Positions 45,903 to 54,728 of a DNA stretch of 64,000 nucleotides are shown in pieces. Under the pieces are notes generated by a model. That model was given only the letters and a program-made list of their open reading frames with translations, searched no databases and was not told where the DNA came from. Positions within the stretch are counted from its first letter, which is position 1, and each line of letters starts with the position of its first letter. The translations under genes were made by a program, and so were the position numbers. Source of the stretch: a virus (lineage: Duplodnaviria; Caudoviricetes); the IMG/VR virus record IMGVR_UViG_3300042393_000497, positions 3,783-67,782 of that record. One strand, 5' to 3'.

Positions 45903-48326
45903 TTATATACGAAATCCATCGAGTCCATCCATACCATCGCTTTCAAAATCTATAGGCATCTTATCTTTTTTTCTTTGGTCAATTAATTCTGATTGTTGTG
46001 TTGCTTGTAGTTTAGTTCTATCGTCTTTTCTATCTTCTTTAAGCATATCTCTTTGATTTAAAACATCAGTTTCCTTTTGTTTAATCTGCATCTGATAATT
46101 AAACTCTCTTTCCATTAAGTCAGATTTCAATCTTGCTTCTGTTTCTAACTTTGCAATTTCCCCTTGATTAATAGAATCTTGAATTTGCATTTTAATCTGC
46201 CCTTCCATTTGAGCTTGCTGTGCTTTAGCTTGAGATGCAGCTTGAGATATTTGAATTTGAGAATCTTGATTGGCTTTAATTTTAGCCATTTCATCTTCTT
46301 GTCTTTGTTTTGCTTTTTTCTTTTTAGCAATTGCAAGAACTCTATAAGCTAAAGAATAATCTCTAATATTTAATATTGAAAACTTATCTTCAACACCTAA
46401 TGTTCCTGCTTGAATTTCTAAACTTAAATCAGATTCTAATTTTGCTTTTTGCTCATCATCTAAATCTAAATCTATAAATATTCCAAAATCACGAAGATGT
46501 AAATCATTAATGTCATTTAAATCAACAACAGCAGTATTCCCAATCTTATTAATTAAATCTTCTTTTAATGGACTATATTCTAATACATCTGAAACTCTAT
46601 ACGAAGTGCATTCTGCAATCTCTCTAATAATAAAAAATATAGCGTCTTGTAAATGTCTAGTAGCTAAATTTGAATTTGCAGCAGCCATTTTTTGAATACC
46701 AACTAAAGAATCTCTATCTGGAGTACTAGCATCTCTTGCCTCGTTAATACCAGTTACATCTCTAATCATTTGTAGCTTAAACTGATACTGATTAATTAAT
46801 GCTGATAATTTATTATTAAATCCAGTGCTAGGAATTTCTTGAACAACTCTTTTGCTTCCATTAAATTCTCCTCCAACACCAGTTCCTCTAGTTAAAATAG
46901 AACCTGTCTGCATAAACATATTAATAGCTTCAGTATGGTCATATTTGTTTCCATTACCCAAACTAATATTTGCAATTCCTTCTATATCAATTTCATGTCC
47001 ATCAGGTCTCATTTGTTGAAGAACTCTTTGTATCTGTAAATTAACAATTTGAATTTCATCTCCAAAAGGAATCATTCTATTTACAAGACTATCAATGTGT
47101 CCTGTTTCGTGAATTAATGGAGCGCAAACAACATAATTAGACATTACTTTATTTGCGTTTGATTTTGGTCTAACCATGTTTTTAGCAACTTCCCATTTCA
47201 ATAAAATTTCAGTTCCTAATACCATTACACCTTCAAACCAAACTTCTTCTTCTTTTCTAAGAACATTATATAATCCATCTTTAGAAGCATTTAATGTTTC
47301 ATCTCTTTCAAGAACTTTTTTGCCTCCTACTCTTGTATTCTTTTCTTTCCAAACTTTTTGTCTGGTAGTTTTGTAATTAAAATATAATAACCCTACTTTA
47401 TCTCTAAAAGCATCATTAGTATCATCTTCATTTAGATTATGATACTTATTCCATGCATTACCAATATTTTGTATTCTTTCTCTTTCTTCGTCTGTTAAAC
47501 CTGGATAATCTCTATAAACTTCAGAGATTAATGAATTTTTAAATTCTCCAAAATAATAGCAATCTGAAAAATAAGGATCCTTAGTATAACTATAAACTAA
47601 ATCTGCAACATCTACATATTCTAATTTAATTCCTTCAGATTTAACAAATCTATGTTTAACAGCTCCAATACCAGCAACAACTAAATCTTTAGTAAATCTT
47701 TTCTTAGTCGTTAGGTTGAACTTATTTTCGTTAAATACAGTTTGTATTGCTAATTGATTAGATAGTTCAATAGATGGCTTATAATTAAGCTGCATATGAA
47801 TATCTAACTCATCATTTGTTTCTGGAAGATCGTTTGGATTGCTTTCAAAAACATCTACATTTAATTCGTTTTTAGCCTTTAATAAAAAATCTTTAGTAAT
47901 CATATCTTTTTCTATTTTTTGACGATATGATATTCTATTTTTATTAGATATAGGGTCAATAGAAAATGCCCTAATACTATACTCTTTTTCTGTAAGTCCG
48001 TTAGAAACAATATCAACATACTTAGGAATAATTGGAACAGGAGTAAAATTAAGATTTGTATAAGACATATCTCCATTTAGCTTAATAGCTTCTTTGTATT
48101 TTGATATATCTTGAATACCTTGAGCATATGCTCTTCTTCTAACTACCTCAGCTCTCTCTGAATAAAATTTAGAAGTTCCTCCATTATCTTTTTTAAACCA
48201 TTGATAAGAAATTGCTTTACCAACTTTCAATCCCCACTCTGCTTTTATCTTATCAGCAAATGAGTCATTCTGTCTAGGTAATCCTGCATTAGTAATAACA
48301 ACAGATGTTTCTTTTGTATCTTTCAT
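45903..48326 (-). CDS. portal protein
   Basis: 807 aa directly after terminase; TPVPIIPKYVDIVSNG; Gln-rich coiled-coil C-terminus. Confidence 0.8.
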   Translation of the reverse strand: MKDTKETSVVITNAGLPRQNDSFADKIKAEWGLKVGKAISYQWFKKDNGGTSKFYSERAEVVRRRAYAQGIQDISKYKEAIKLNGDMSYTNLNFTPVPIIPKYVDIVSNGLTEKEYSIRAFSIDPISNKNRISYRQKIEKDMITKDFLLKAKNELNVDVFESNPNDLPETNDELDIHMQLNYKPSIELSNQLAIQTVFNENKFNLTTKKRFTKDLVVAGIGAVKHRFVKSEGIKLEYVDVADLVYSYTKDPYFSDCYYFGEFKNSLISEVYRDYPGLTDEERERIQNIGNAWNKYHNLNEDDTNDAFRDKVGLLYFNYKTTRQKVWKEKNTRVGGKKVLERDETLNASKDGLYNVLRKEEEVWFEGVMVLGTEILLKWEVAKNMVRPKSNANKVMSNYVVCAPLIHETGHIDSLVNRMIPFGDEIQIVNLQIQRVLQQMRPDGHEIDIEGIANISLGNGNKYDHTEAINMFMQTGSILTRGTGVGGEFNGSKRVVQEIPSTGFNNKLSALINQYQFKLQMIRDVTGINEARDASTPDRDSLVGIQKMAAANSNLATRHLQDAIFFIIREIAECTSYRVSDVLEYSPLKEDLINKIGNTAVVDLNDINDLHLRDFGIFIDLDLDDEQKAKLESDLSLEIQAGTLGVEDKFSILNIRDYSLAYRVLAIAKKKKAKQRQEDEMAKIKANQDSQIQISQAASQAKAQQAQMEGQIKMQIQDSINQGEIAKLETEARLKSDLMEREFNYQMQIKQKETDVLNQRDMLKEDRKDDRTKLQATQQSELIDQRKKDKMPIDFESDGMDGLDGFRI

Positions 48327-50951
48327 TTATGCGTATTTATGTATGTTTATAGTTATAGGTTTTGATTCTATTTTTGGTCTATACGCGTTTTTATTAATCG
48401 CCATAAGAGCAAGTCCAGAACTGATACCCAAGTCATATTTTCTTCTATCTCTAATATCAAACTCTAACCAGTCTTGTAATGTTTTGTTAAAAGACATACT
48501 GCCAAAATCTTCATCTTCATTAATTATACCAACGTGCTTATTTATATAACTTTCTATAGCAGAAGAATGCATTTGAATAACGTCTTCTGATGAGTTTGGA
48601 ATACCTCCAATTTCTCTTTCAGTTACAGATAATCTGTTGGCTGCTTTGTCAAATCTTGTAATTGCAAAGTTACGATAACCTCTGTTCTTAAAATGGTATA
48701 GTAATCGTGGTTTATTATTCTCAACCAAAATCGGCATACCATAGAAAACACAAGCCATTAGCACATCTTCAAAGAATATTTCTGCTGTTTGTGTTCTAGA
48801 AACATACTCTAAAAAAAAGGAGTTTGATGGTGCATTGCTCAAAGTAAATCCAGTTACACCACTTAAAGCTCCTTTAGATCCTCCAGAATTATCATTGTCT
48901 TTTAATGACTTTTTAGCTCTTCCATCAACTACTCCAGAAATATCATACGGGTCGCATCCAAAAGCTCCAATGTCTTCATTTAACGGAGCAAAAGAATAAC
49001 TTCCCCAACCTGCTTTCATCTCTCTTAAATTCTGCATCGACTCATCAGGTATCCAGTTTATTAAAAACTTTCCTTTAGGATTAGGATTCCAAACAACTTT
49101 AGTATCAGGTATTCCATCTTTCCAAGAAAAATTACCTCTAACCAACGTCTTGTCTATGTCATTATTTAAGTTAAATGATATTTGCTCATTTATCTTTTCT
49201 ACATTAAATAATGCATTATCTAATTCATCTCTAAACGCTTCATCAATTGTCATTGGAAACGCTCTCAACTCATCGTTGTAAGCAATGTCACTTTCTTTTC
49301 TTTTAGATGACCTTTGAGCTTCTAAATATTTTATAGAACCAATAGTCTTCTTAACTCCTTCTACATTTATAAAGCTCTCTCCGTGCTGCAAATCTGTATG
49401 ACATACTCCATACTTATCAGTAAACTCTGCCATGTTTTTGTGAGCAGGCAAGAAAAAAGAATATAGTCCACTAGGAGTTCTATTTGTTACACCATCTCTT
49501 TTTGAGATTAATGATTGATAATACAAAGAACGAAATTCAAATCCTCCATCTTTCATTGCAGCAACTGTAGAACCTACAAATGCTTTCCCAACAATCTTAC
49601 CTCCTTCATCCATAGTTGGAGATACTTGCCCCCAATGGTTTAAGAAACTTCTACCCTTAGTCCATTTAGATGCCTCATCCGCTAAGTATCTAAACATCTT
49701 CTGACCATCATAAGAACCTTCGTTTGTAGGTTGAAAGTCTATCTTAGTGTTTAAGTAATCATCAGTATGCGTATCTCTTTTCTTCTTAGCTTCTTTAGAC
49801 ATATTAGAAGGCTTTGCAAATTCTAAAAATACTTTAGAATCTTCTTTTCCTCTAACTACTGGTCTAAAAAAGAACGGTAGGTTTAAGTATGCATAACTAA
49901 ACTTAGCAAATGCTTTTTTCGCATCTTCATCAGATTTAGATGTAATACCAAAATTAGCATTATTGTTAGATGTAGCTTCATCAAGCATTCTACAAATCTT
50001 TTCATAAGTATATCCTGTACGTCTTGATTTAACAAAAAACTGTCCTATACATCTATTATCTATAAGACAGGCTTCAGTATGATAAAACATTTCTAATTGA
50101 GCAAATCTGAAATCCATGTATCCACCGCTATCTTCCATCTTACACCATTGCAATGCAAAGTAATGTGCGCCAGTTAGATATACAGGTTCTCCATTATTCA
50201 TGAACCAAATCCCTTCTCTTCTTCTTCTAAATTCTTCTAATATGTATTCTGTATAAGCATCTACGCTATCTACACTAACACCTACTGGAATAGGGGTTCT
50301 TCTCCAATACTGTTCTGCCTTTTTGTTTTTACTGAATAAAATATCTTTCTTATTCTTTGGAACTTCTGGTAATATAATGTTTAATCCATCTAATACTATC
50401 AATTGACCTTTTGTTCCTTTAGGATCTATTAATGTAGAATTAGTTTTTTCATCATGCCAATTAGTATAGTATTGATTCTTTGGATAAAATTCTCCTTTTG
50501 AATATCTCTCTGGAAAACCTATCTTAAATTCTTTGTCAGATAGATTAAAATTTTCGCTTGTTAATTGCAATCTTAATTCTATAAGAGAAGAATCTATTTC
50601 TACAATTGCTGTATGTATTGATGCTTTTGCTTTAACGGCAAGATGATGTTTAGTCGGATCTATTAAAGAATAGTCTATCTTCTCTCTCAATGCCATTCTA
50701 AGCGTGATTAAGGACTTATCTCCAGCCTTAACTAATCTTTGTACATACTTTTTTAATTTCTCCTCATTTGGACTATTTTGATTATTTTGCCATCTAAGAA
50801 TCATTTGCTTTGCAGAACGAAAACTTTCTATTTTAGATTTCATTGCAGAATCAAACTTATCAGCTGTTATTTCAGATATATCAATATCGTACTCTAAGCC
50901 TTCTATAATGCTATCGATTGCAAATTCTATATCATTTGATAATCCTAACAT
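48327..50951 (-). CDS. terL: terminase large subunit with long N-terminal extension
   Basis: VKSRRTGYT Walker A, LADEASKW Walker B, RNase-H-like GCDPYD..YDLGISSGLA. Confidence 0.9.
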   Translation of the reverse strand: MLGLSNDIEFAIDSIIEGLEYDIDISEITADKFDSAMKSKIESFRSAKQMILRWQNNQNSPNEEKLKKYVQRLVKAGDKSLITLRMALREKIDYSLIDPTKHHLAVKAKASIHTAIVEIDSSLIELRLQLTSENFNLSDKEFKIGFPERYSKGEFYPKNQYYTNWHDEKTNSTLIDPKGTKGQLIVLDGLNIILPEVPKNKKDILFSKNKKAEQYWRRTPIPVGVSVDSVDAYTEYILEEFRRRREGIWFMNNGEPVYLTGAHYFALQWCKMEDSGGYMDFRFAQLEMFYHTEACLIDNRCIGQFFVKSRRTGYTYEKICRMLDEATSNNNANFGITSKSDEDAKKAFAKFSYAYLNLPFFFRPVVRGKEDSKVFLEFAKPSNMSKEAKKKRDTHTDDYLNTKIDFQPTNEGSYDGQKMFRYLADEASKWTKGRSFLNHWGQVSPTMDEGGKIVGKAFVGSTVAAMKDGGFEFRSLYYQSLISKRDGVTNRTPSGLYSFFLPAHKNMAEFTDKYGVCHTDLQHGESFINVEGVKKTIGSIKYLEAQRSSKRKESDIAYNDELRAFPMTIDEAFRDELDNALFNVEKINEQISFNLNNDIDKTLVRGNFSWKDGIPDTKVVWNPNPKGKFLINWIPDESMQNLREMKAGWGSYSFAPLNEDIGAFGCDPYDISGVVDGRAKKSLKDNDNSGGSKGALSGVTGFTLSNAPSNSFFLEYVSRTQTAEIFFEDVLMACVFYGMPILVENNKPRLLYHFKNRGYRNFAITRFDKAANRLSVTEREIGGIPNSSEDVIQMHSSAIESYINKHVGIINEDEDFGSMSFNKTLQDWLEFDIRDRRKYDLGISSGLALMAINKNAYRPKIESKPITINIHKYA

Positions 50952-51475
50952 ATAGCTAATATTTGTTTGCTTTTCATTTTATAAAGTCTTTCATTATCAA
51001 AAGTAAACTCATGCGTACTGAAATCTTTAAAAAATACTCTATCTCCTTCTTTTATATTATTCTGTCTTGTAAATGAATTACCATACTTTAATATACCAGT
51101 ATTTAATAACTCATCTCCATTTTCTATTATAGGTTCTACAAAAACAAACGGATCTATACTTATTTTTTCTCCATTTGGCTTTATAACTAAATATACCATA
51201 TCTGGATACACAAAGTATGTATTGTCTTCTATGTAGTTTCCTGAATGCGTTGGTACACCTGCTTGATTGTATGTTATTCTAAACACATTGTGATGAACTA
51301 TAATCTCATCTCCTACATCAACTATCCCAGTATATTGAGTAGGAACTGCATGAACAATTCCTACTCTATTTACATTTTTTCCATCTTCTATTGAAACATT
51401 GCTAATCAATGAATCTCCATTACTAACGTACTGAGAACCTTTTGGTTTTACAATAAAAAATAAAGGACTCTTCAT
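50945..51475 (-). CDS. tandem GroES-like domain protein
   Basis: Two blocks: GIVHAVP..VGDEIIVHH and FVEPI..GILKYG..EGDRVFF. Confidence 0.6.
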   Translation of the reverse strand: MKSPLFFIVKPKGSQYVSNGDSLISNVSIEDGKNVNRVGIVHAVPTQYTGIVDVGDEIIVHHNVFRITYNQAGVPTHSGNYIEDNTYFVYPDMVYLVIKPNGEKISIDPFVFVEPIIENGDELLNTGILKYGNSFTRQNNIKEGDRVFFKDFSTHEFTFDNERLYKMKSKQILAIC

Positions 51476-51476
51476 A

Positions 51477-51674
51477 TTAATCTAATACATATTCTATGTG
51501 ACAAACCACTCTCTCTTGAAAAGTTTTCCAAAGTTGAACTTCATCTTTGTCAATAAGATATACATCAAAGTAATTATCATTTTTAACTATATCGTGGATA
51601 TTTTTATTTCCAACTTGATAATGAATAGCGTCTTTTAAATTATCTCCTATAGAGATTTTTCTTATTTGTTTCAT
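51477..51674 (-). CDS. small conserved protein
   Basis: IRKISIGDNLKDAIHYQVG; promoter TATATTTG at 51697-704. Confidence 0.7.
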   Translation of the reverse strand: MKQIRKISIGDNLKDAIHYQVGNKNIHDIVKNDNYFDVYLIDKDEVQLWKTFQERVVCHIEYVLD

Positions 51675-51700
51675 TTGATTAAATTTAAATTAAAAGCAAA

Positions 51701-51730
51701 TATAAGGCAAATATAATTACTTGCCTTATA
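51701..51730 (-). terminator. hairpin after the fibre gene
   Basis: Perfect 10-bp TATAAGGCAA/TTGCCTTATA stem. Confidence 0.55.
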
Positions 51731-51740
51731 TATATTATTT

Positions 51741-53597
51741 CTAAGTTAGTGCAACCCAAGCAGATGATGTTCTAACACATAATTGTTCTAATGTAGTATC
51801 AAAAACAACTAATCCAATAGCAGGAGATGCGATTGCATTTTTTTGTGTTGTAGTCATGCGAGGAGGTAAAAATCCTTGAGTAGTTGAATCTACTTGTAAT
51901 CTAGCTGTATTTACAGGAGAATTTGTTCCAATTACAACTTGACCTTTTAATGATGTTTTAGTTATAGCTGAATTACCTATTACAACACTATTAGAACCAA
52001 GACCTTGAGCTTCATAACCAATCACGATTTGATTTGTTTGAGAGTCAATAGTTCCTCCAGTTGTTTTTGCTCCAATGAAAACACTTTGATCCGCTTCTGT
52101 TACAGGTGTGGTAAGATTGTTAAGAGTACCTCCTGCATCATAACCTAAAAATAAATTTCTATCTCCTGTTATAAAACCTGATCCTGCTGTATGCCCTAAA
52201 GAAGTATTATAATCCGCAGATACACCAGAGTCTCCTATATTTGGACAAGAACTAAATCCTACAAGAGTATTATAACTTCCAATTTCATTTTGATTTCCAG
52301 TATTATATCCTATAAAAACATTTCTTTCTCCACTAGTATTACTATAACCACTTTGAGAACCTAAAAAAGTATTATATGAAGAAGTAGCATTAAATCCAGC
52401 AGCGCTACCAACAAAAGTATTATAAACTTGAGTAGTAATAGCTGCTCCAGTAATATAACCTAAAAAAGTATTATTAGTTCCAGTTGAAAGAAGTGCGCCT
52501 GCAAGGCTTCCTACAATAGTGTCATTTACAGCTGATGCCGTAGTATTTTTTCCGGCATTTGTTCCAATAAAAGTATTTCTTTTAGATGCTAAACTAGGTC
52601 TTATTTCAAAAGGATCCGCACCACTTGCGCTATCTAATAATGTAAAAGCAGCAATAGTAGGAGAAGCAGAAGGAGATTTAATTGTTGTTACTCCATTTAT
52701 ATCAGTAGTACCAGTTACTGTAGTAGCTCCAGTTATTGTTGTAGCTCCAATTATGTCAGTTAGTCCAATTATATCAGTTGCACCAGTTATTGTTGTAGTT
52801 CCAGTTATATTAGTAATCCCATTTACATTAGTAGCACTTGATATAGTAACTAAAGACCCAGTATCTGTAATGCTACTATCTCCTACTGCTGTTCCGTTTG
52901 GTGTAAATTTTGCTACTTTATTTAAAGTTCCATTTACTATGTTTTCTTGTAATTCAATCCAAGAAGTGCCATTATAAAAGTTTTCTTTTTTTGTAGTTGT
53001 ATTGTATATTCTTAGTCCTTCAGCTGGAGATGTAATAGCGTCTCTTTGAATTGTAGTCATTCTTGGCTGAAGAAGTCCTTTATTTGTAGAATCAAGCTGC
53101 AATAAAGAAGAAGCGGATGGACTTGCAGTTCCAATAGAAACACTTGTTCCATTATCATAAATTGAACTATCCCCTATTGTATTTCCACTAGGAGTAAATT
53201 TAGGAAGATAATTTAAGGTTCCAGATAAAGCAACTGTAAGAGCAATAAAGTTTCCAGAAACAGTTGGAGTTTGTCCAACTCCTACAACAACACTTTGAAG
53301 TTTTAATAAAAATTTCTGTGTATTTAATGTAACTACAACTACTTCATAAGCAGAAACTGAATATGTAGGAGTTAAGCTATTAATAAACGCTTGTGGTGTA
53401 GTATTGTTATTTGTATCAATTAACTCAGTTATCTTCAAAGTTCCTCCTGCAATTGGACCTAATCCACTAACTATAAAATCTCTTAATACACCAACCTCAA
53501 AGTTTTTAGTAGTTCCTGAGTTGTCAGCATCACTACCTATAACAATGTCTTTTTCTGATACAATCGTATCTAATACATAAGTTTTAATTCTTGCCAT
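51741..53597 (-). CDS. tail fibre/spike with YadA-head-like repeats
   Basis: NTxxGxxAG repeats, 6-aa ITG repeats, two DSTxKGxLxPRMTT motifs. Confidence 0.75.
   Translation of the reverse strand: MARIKTYVLDTIVSEKDIVIGSDADNSGTTKNFEVGVLRDFIVSGLGPIAGGTLKITELIDTNNNTTPQAFINSLTPTYSVSAYEVVVVTLNTQKFLLKLQSVVVGVGQTPTVSGNFIALTVALSGTLNYLPKFTPSGNTIGDSSIYDNGTSVSIGTASPSASSLLQLDSTNKGLLQPRMTTIQRDAITSPAEGLRIYNTTTKKENFYNGTSWIELQENIVNGTLNKVAKFTPNGTAVGDSSITDTGSLVTISSATNVNGITNITGTTTITGATDIIGLTDIIGATTITGATTVTGTTDINGVTTIKSPSASPTIAAFTLLDSASGADPFEIRPSLASKRNTFIGTNAGKNTTASAVNDTIVGSLAGALLSTGTNNTFLGYITGAAITTQVYNTFVGSAAGFNATSSYNTFLGSQSGYSNTSGERNVFIGYNTGNQNEIGSYNTLVGFSSCPNIGDSGVSADYNTSLGHTAGSGFITGDRNLFLGYDAGGTLNNLTTPVTEADQSVFIGAKTTGGTIDSQTNQIVIGYEAQGLGSNSVVIGNSAITKTSLKGQVVIGTNSPVNTARLQVDSTTQGFLPPRMTTTQKNAIASPAIGLVVFDTTLEQLCVRTSSAWVALT
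52693..52836 (-). repeat. 8 x 18-bp coding tandem repeat
   Basis: CCA(G/A/T)TTA.. units at an 18-nt period, encoding T(T/D/N)I(T/I)G-type hexapeptides. Confidence 0.85.
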
Positions 53598-53602
53598 TTT
53601 TT

Positions 53603-54310
53603 TTATTTTAAAAGTAAATATCCACTAACTAAAGCTCCAGCAATAGTCGTTATTTTATAAAAAGTTTTTTTGTTTTTTTCTTTCTTTATTATCTTATCAC
53701 TATTCTTAATGATTTGTTCTTGTAATCCTATAGTAGAATCTTTTAATTTAACAATCATAAATAACTTATCCTTTTGCTCTCCTAAAATAACAATAGTAGA
53801 ATCCTTTATTCTTGATTGAAACTTAACTACGTTTAATACTTTATTTGTTTCTTTTAATTCGGCACGAACATAATCTCCTCTAACTAAATCAGTAACACAT
53901 TGTCTTGATATAGTATCCTCTAAAGCCAACTTATTTCCTATGATTGATATAGAATTTTTTGGACTATATCTGCTTTTAAAGTAATTAGATATTTGAGTAG
54001 TATTATAACTACTTACTTCTTTAACTTTATTATTAGAATTGTTTTTAATAACTCTAATATTCTCTTCATACTTTACTACTTCGTTTTCTAAACTATCTAT
54101 CTTAGCTATATAGTTTAAAATCTTAGCATCTCTTGATTTTATTTGAGATAGATAGAGATCGGATAAACTTTGATTTACTAAAATATTTCCTTTCAAACCT
54201 TCATTCTCTCTTTCTAAATTCTTAGTAGAATTAAATAAAAAATATATGATGATTAATAATATTAAACAAAATATATGTATCCAGTATTTTTTTAGTAAAT
54301 CAAAGTTCAT
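53603..54310 (-). CDS. membrane-anchored coiled-coil protein, spanin candidate
   Basis: N-terminal TM segment, long coiled coil, hydrophobic C-terminus. Confidence 0.5.
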   Translation of the reverse strand: MNFDLLKKYWIHIFCLILLIIIYFLFNSTKNLERENEGLKGNILVNQSLSDLYLSQIKSRDAKILNYIAKIDSLENEVVKYEENIRVIKNNSNNKVKEVSSYNTTQISNYFKSRYSPKNSISIIGNKLALEDTISRQCVTDLVRGDYVRAELKETNKVLNVVKFQSRIKDSTIVILGEQKDKLFMIVKLKDSTIGLQEQIIKNSDKIIKKEKNKKTFYKITTIAGALVSGYLLLK

Positions 54311-54314
54311 ATAA

Positions 54315-54449
54315 TTATTTTTTCTTTTTTACGAACATTTTTTTCTCTTTGGCTTCTACTTTTTTACCTTCTTTTTTCTCGTGCATTTTCATTGCAGCTT
54401 TAGAAGCATATTTTTCTTTTCCTCCGTATTCTGATACTTTCTTTTTCAT
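54315..54449 (-). CDS. 44-aa Lys-rich protein (not in track)
   Basis: MKKKVSEYGGKEKYASKAAMKMHEKKE... Confidence 0.75.
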   Translation of the reverse strand: MKKKVSEYGGKEKYASKAAMKMHEKKEGKKVEAKEKKMFVKKKK

Positions 54450-54450
54450 T

Positions 54451-54585
54451 TTATTTCTTTTTTTTAGTTTTACCTGCTTTTGCTAATGCAATTGCTATTG
54501 CTTGTTTTTGTGATTTACCATGCTTCATTTCCAATCGAATGTTAGCATTTACTACTTTGTTTGAACTTCCCTTTTTTAGTGGCAT
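54451..54585 (-). CDS. 44-aa basic protein ([14 protein letters not shown] family; not in track)
   Basis: [38 protein letters not shown]. Confidence 0.8.
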   Translation of the reverse strand: MPLKKGSSNKVVNANIRLEMKHGKSQKQAIAIALAKAGKTKKKK

Positions 54586-54587
54586 AA

Positions 54588-54725
54588 TTACTTTCCTTGA
54601 GAGTTATACTTCTTCTTATAATTCTTGCTAGTCTTTAACTTGCTAGTCTTTGATTTTGCATGAACTCCAGGTCGAGATACTTTATTTCTCTCGACCTTAG
54701 TTATTGTTTGATTTGCTTTTGCCAT
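54588..54725 (-). CDS. 45-aa basic protein (not in track)
   Basis: [32 protein letters not shown]. Confidence 0.8.
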   Translation of the reverse strand: MAKANQTITKVERNKVSRPGVHAKSKTSKLKTSKNYKKKYNSQGK

Positions 54726-54728
54726 ATC

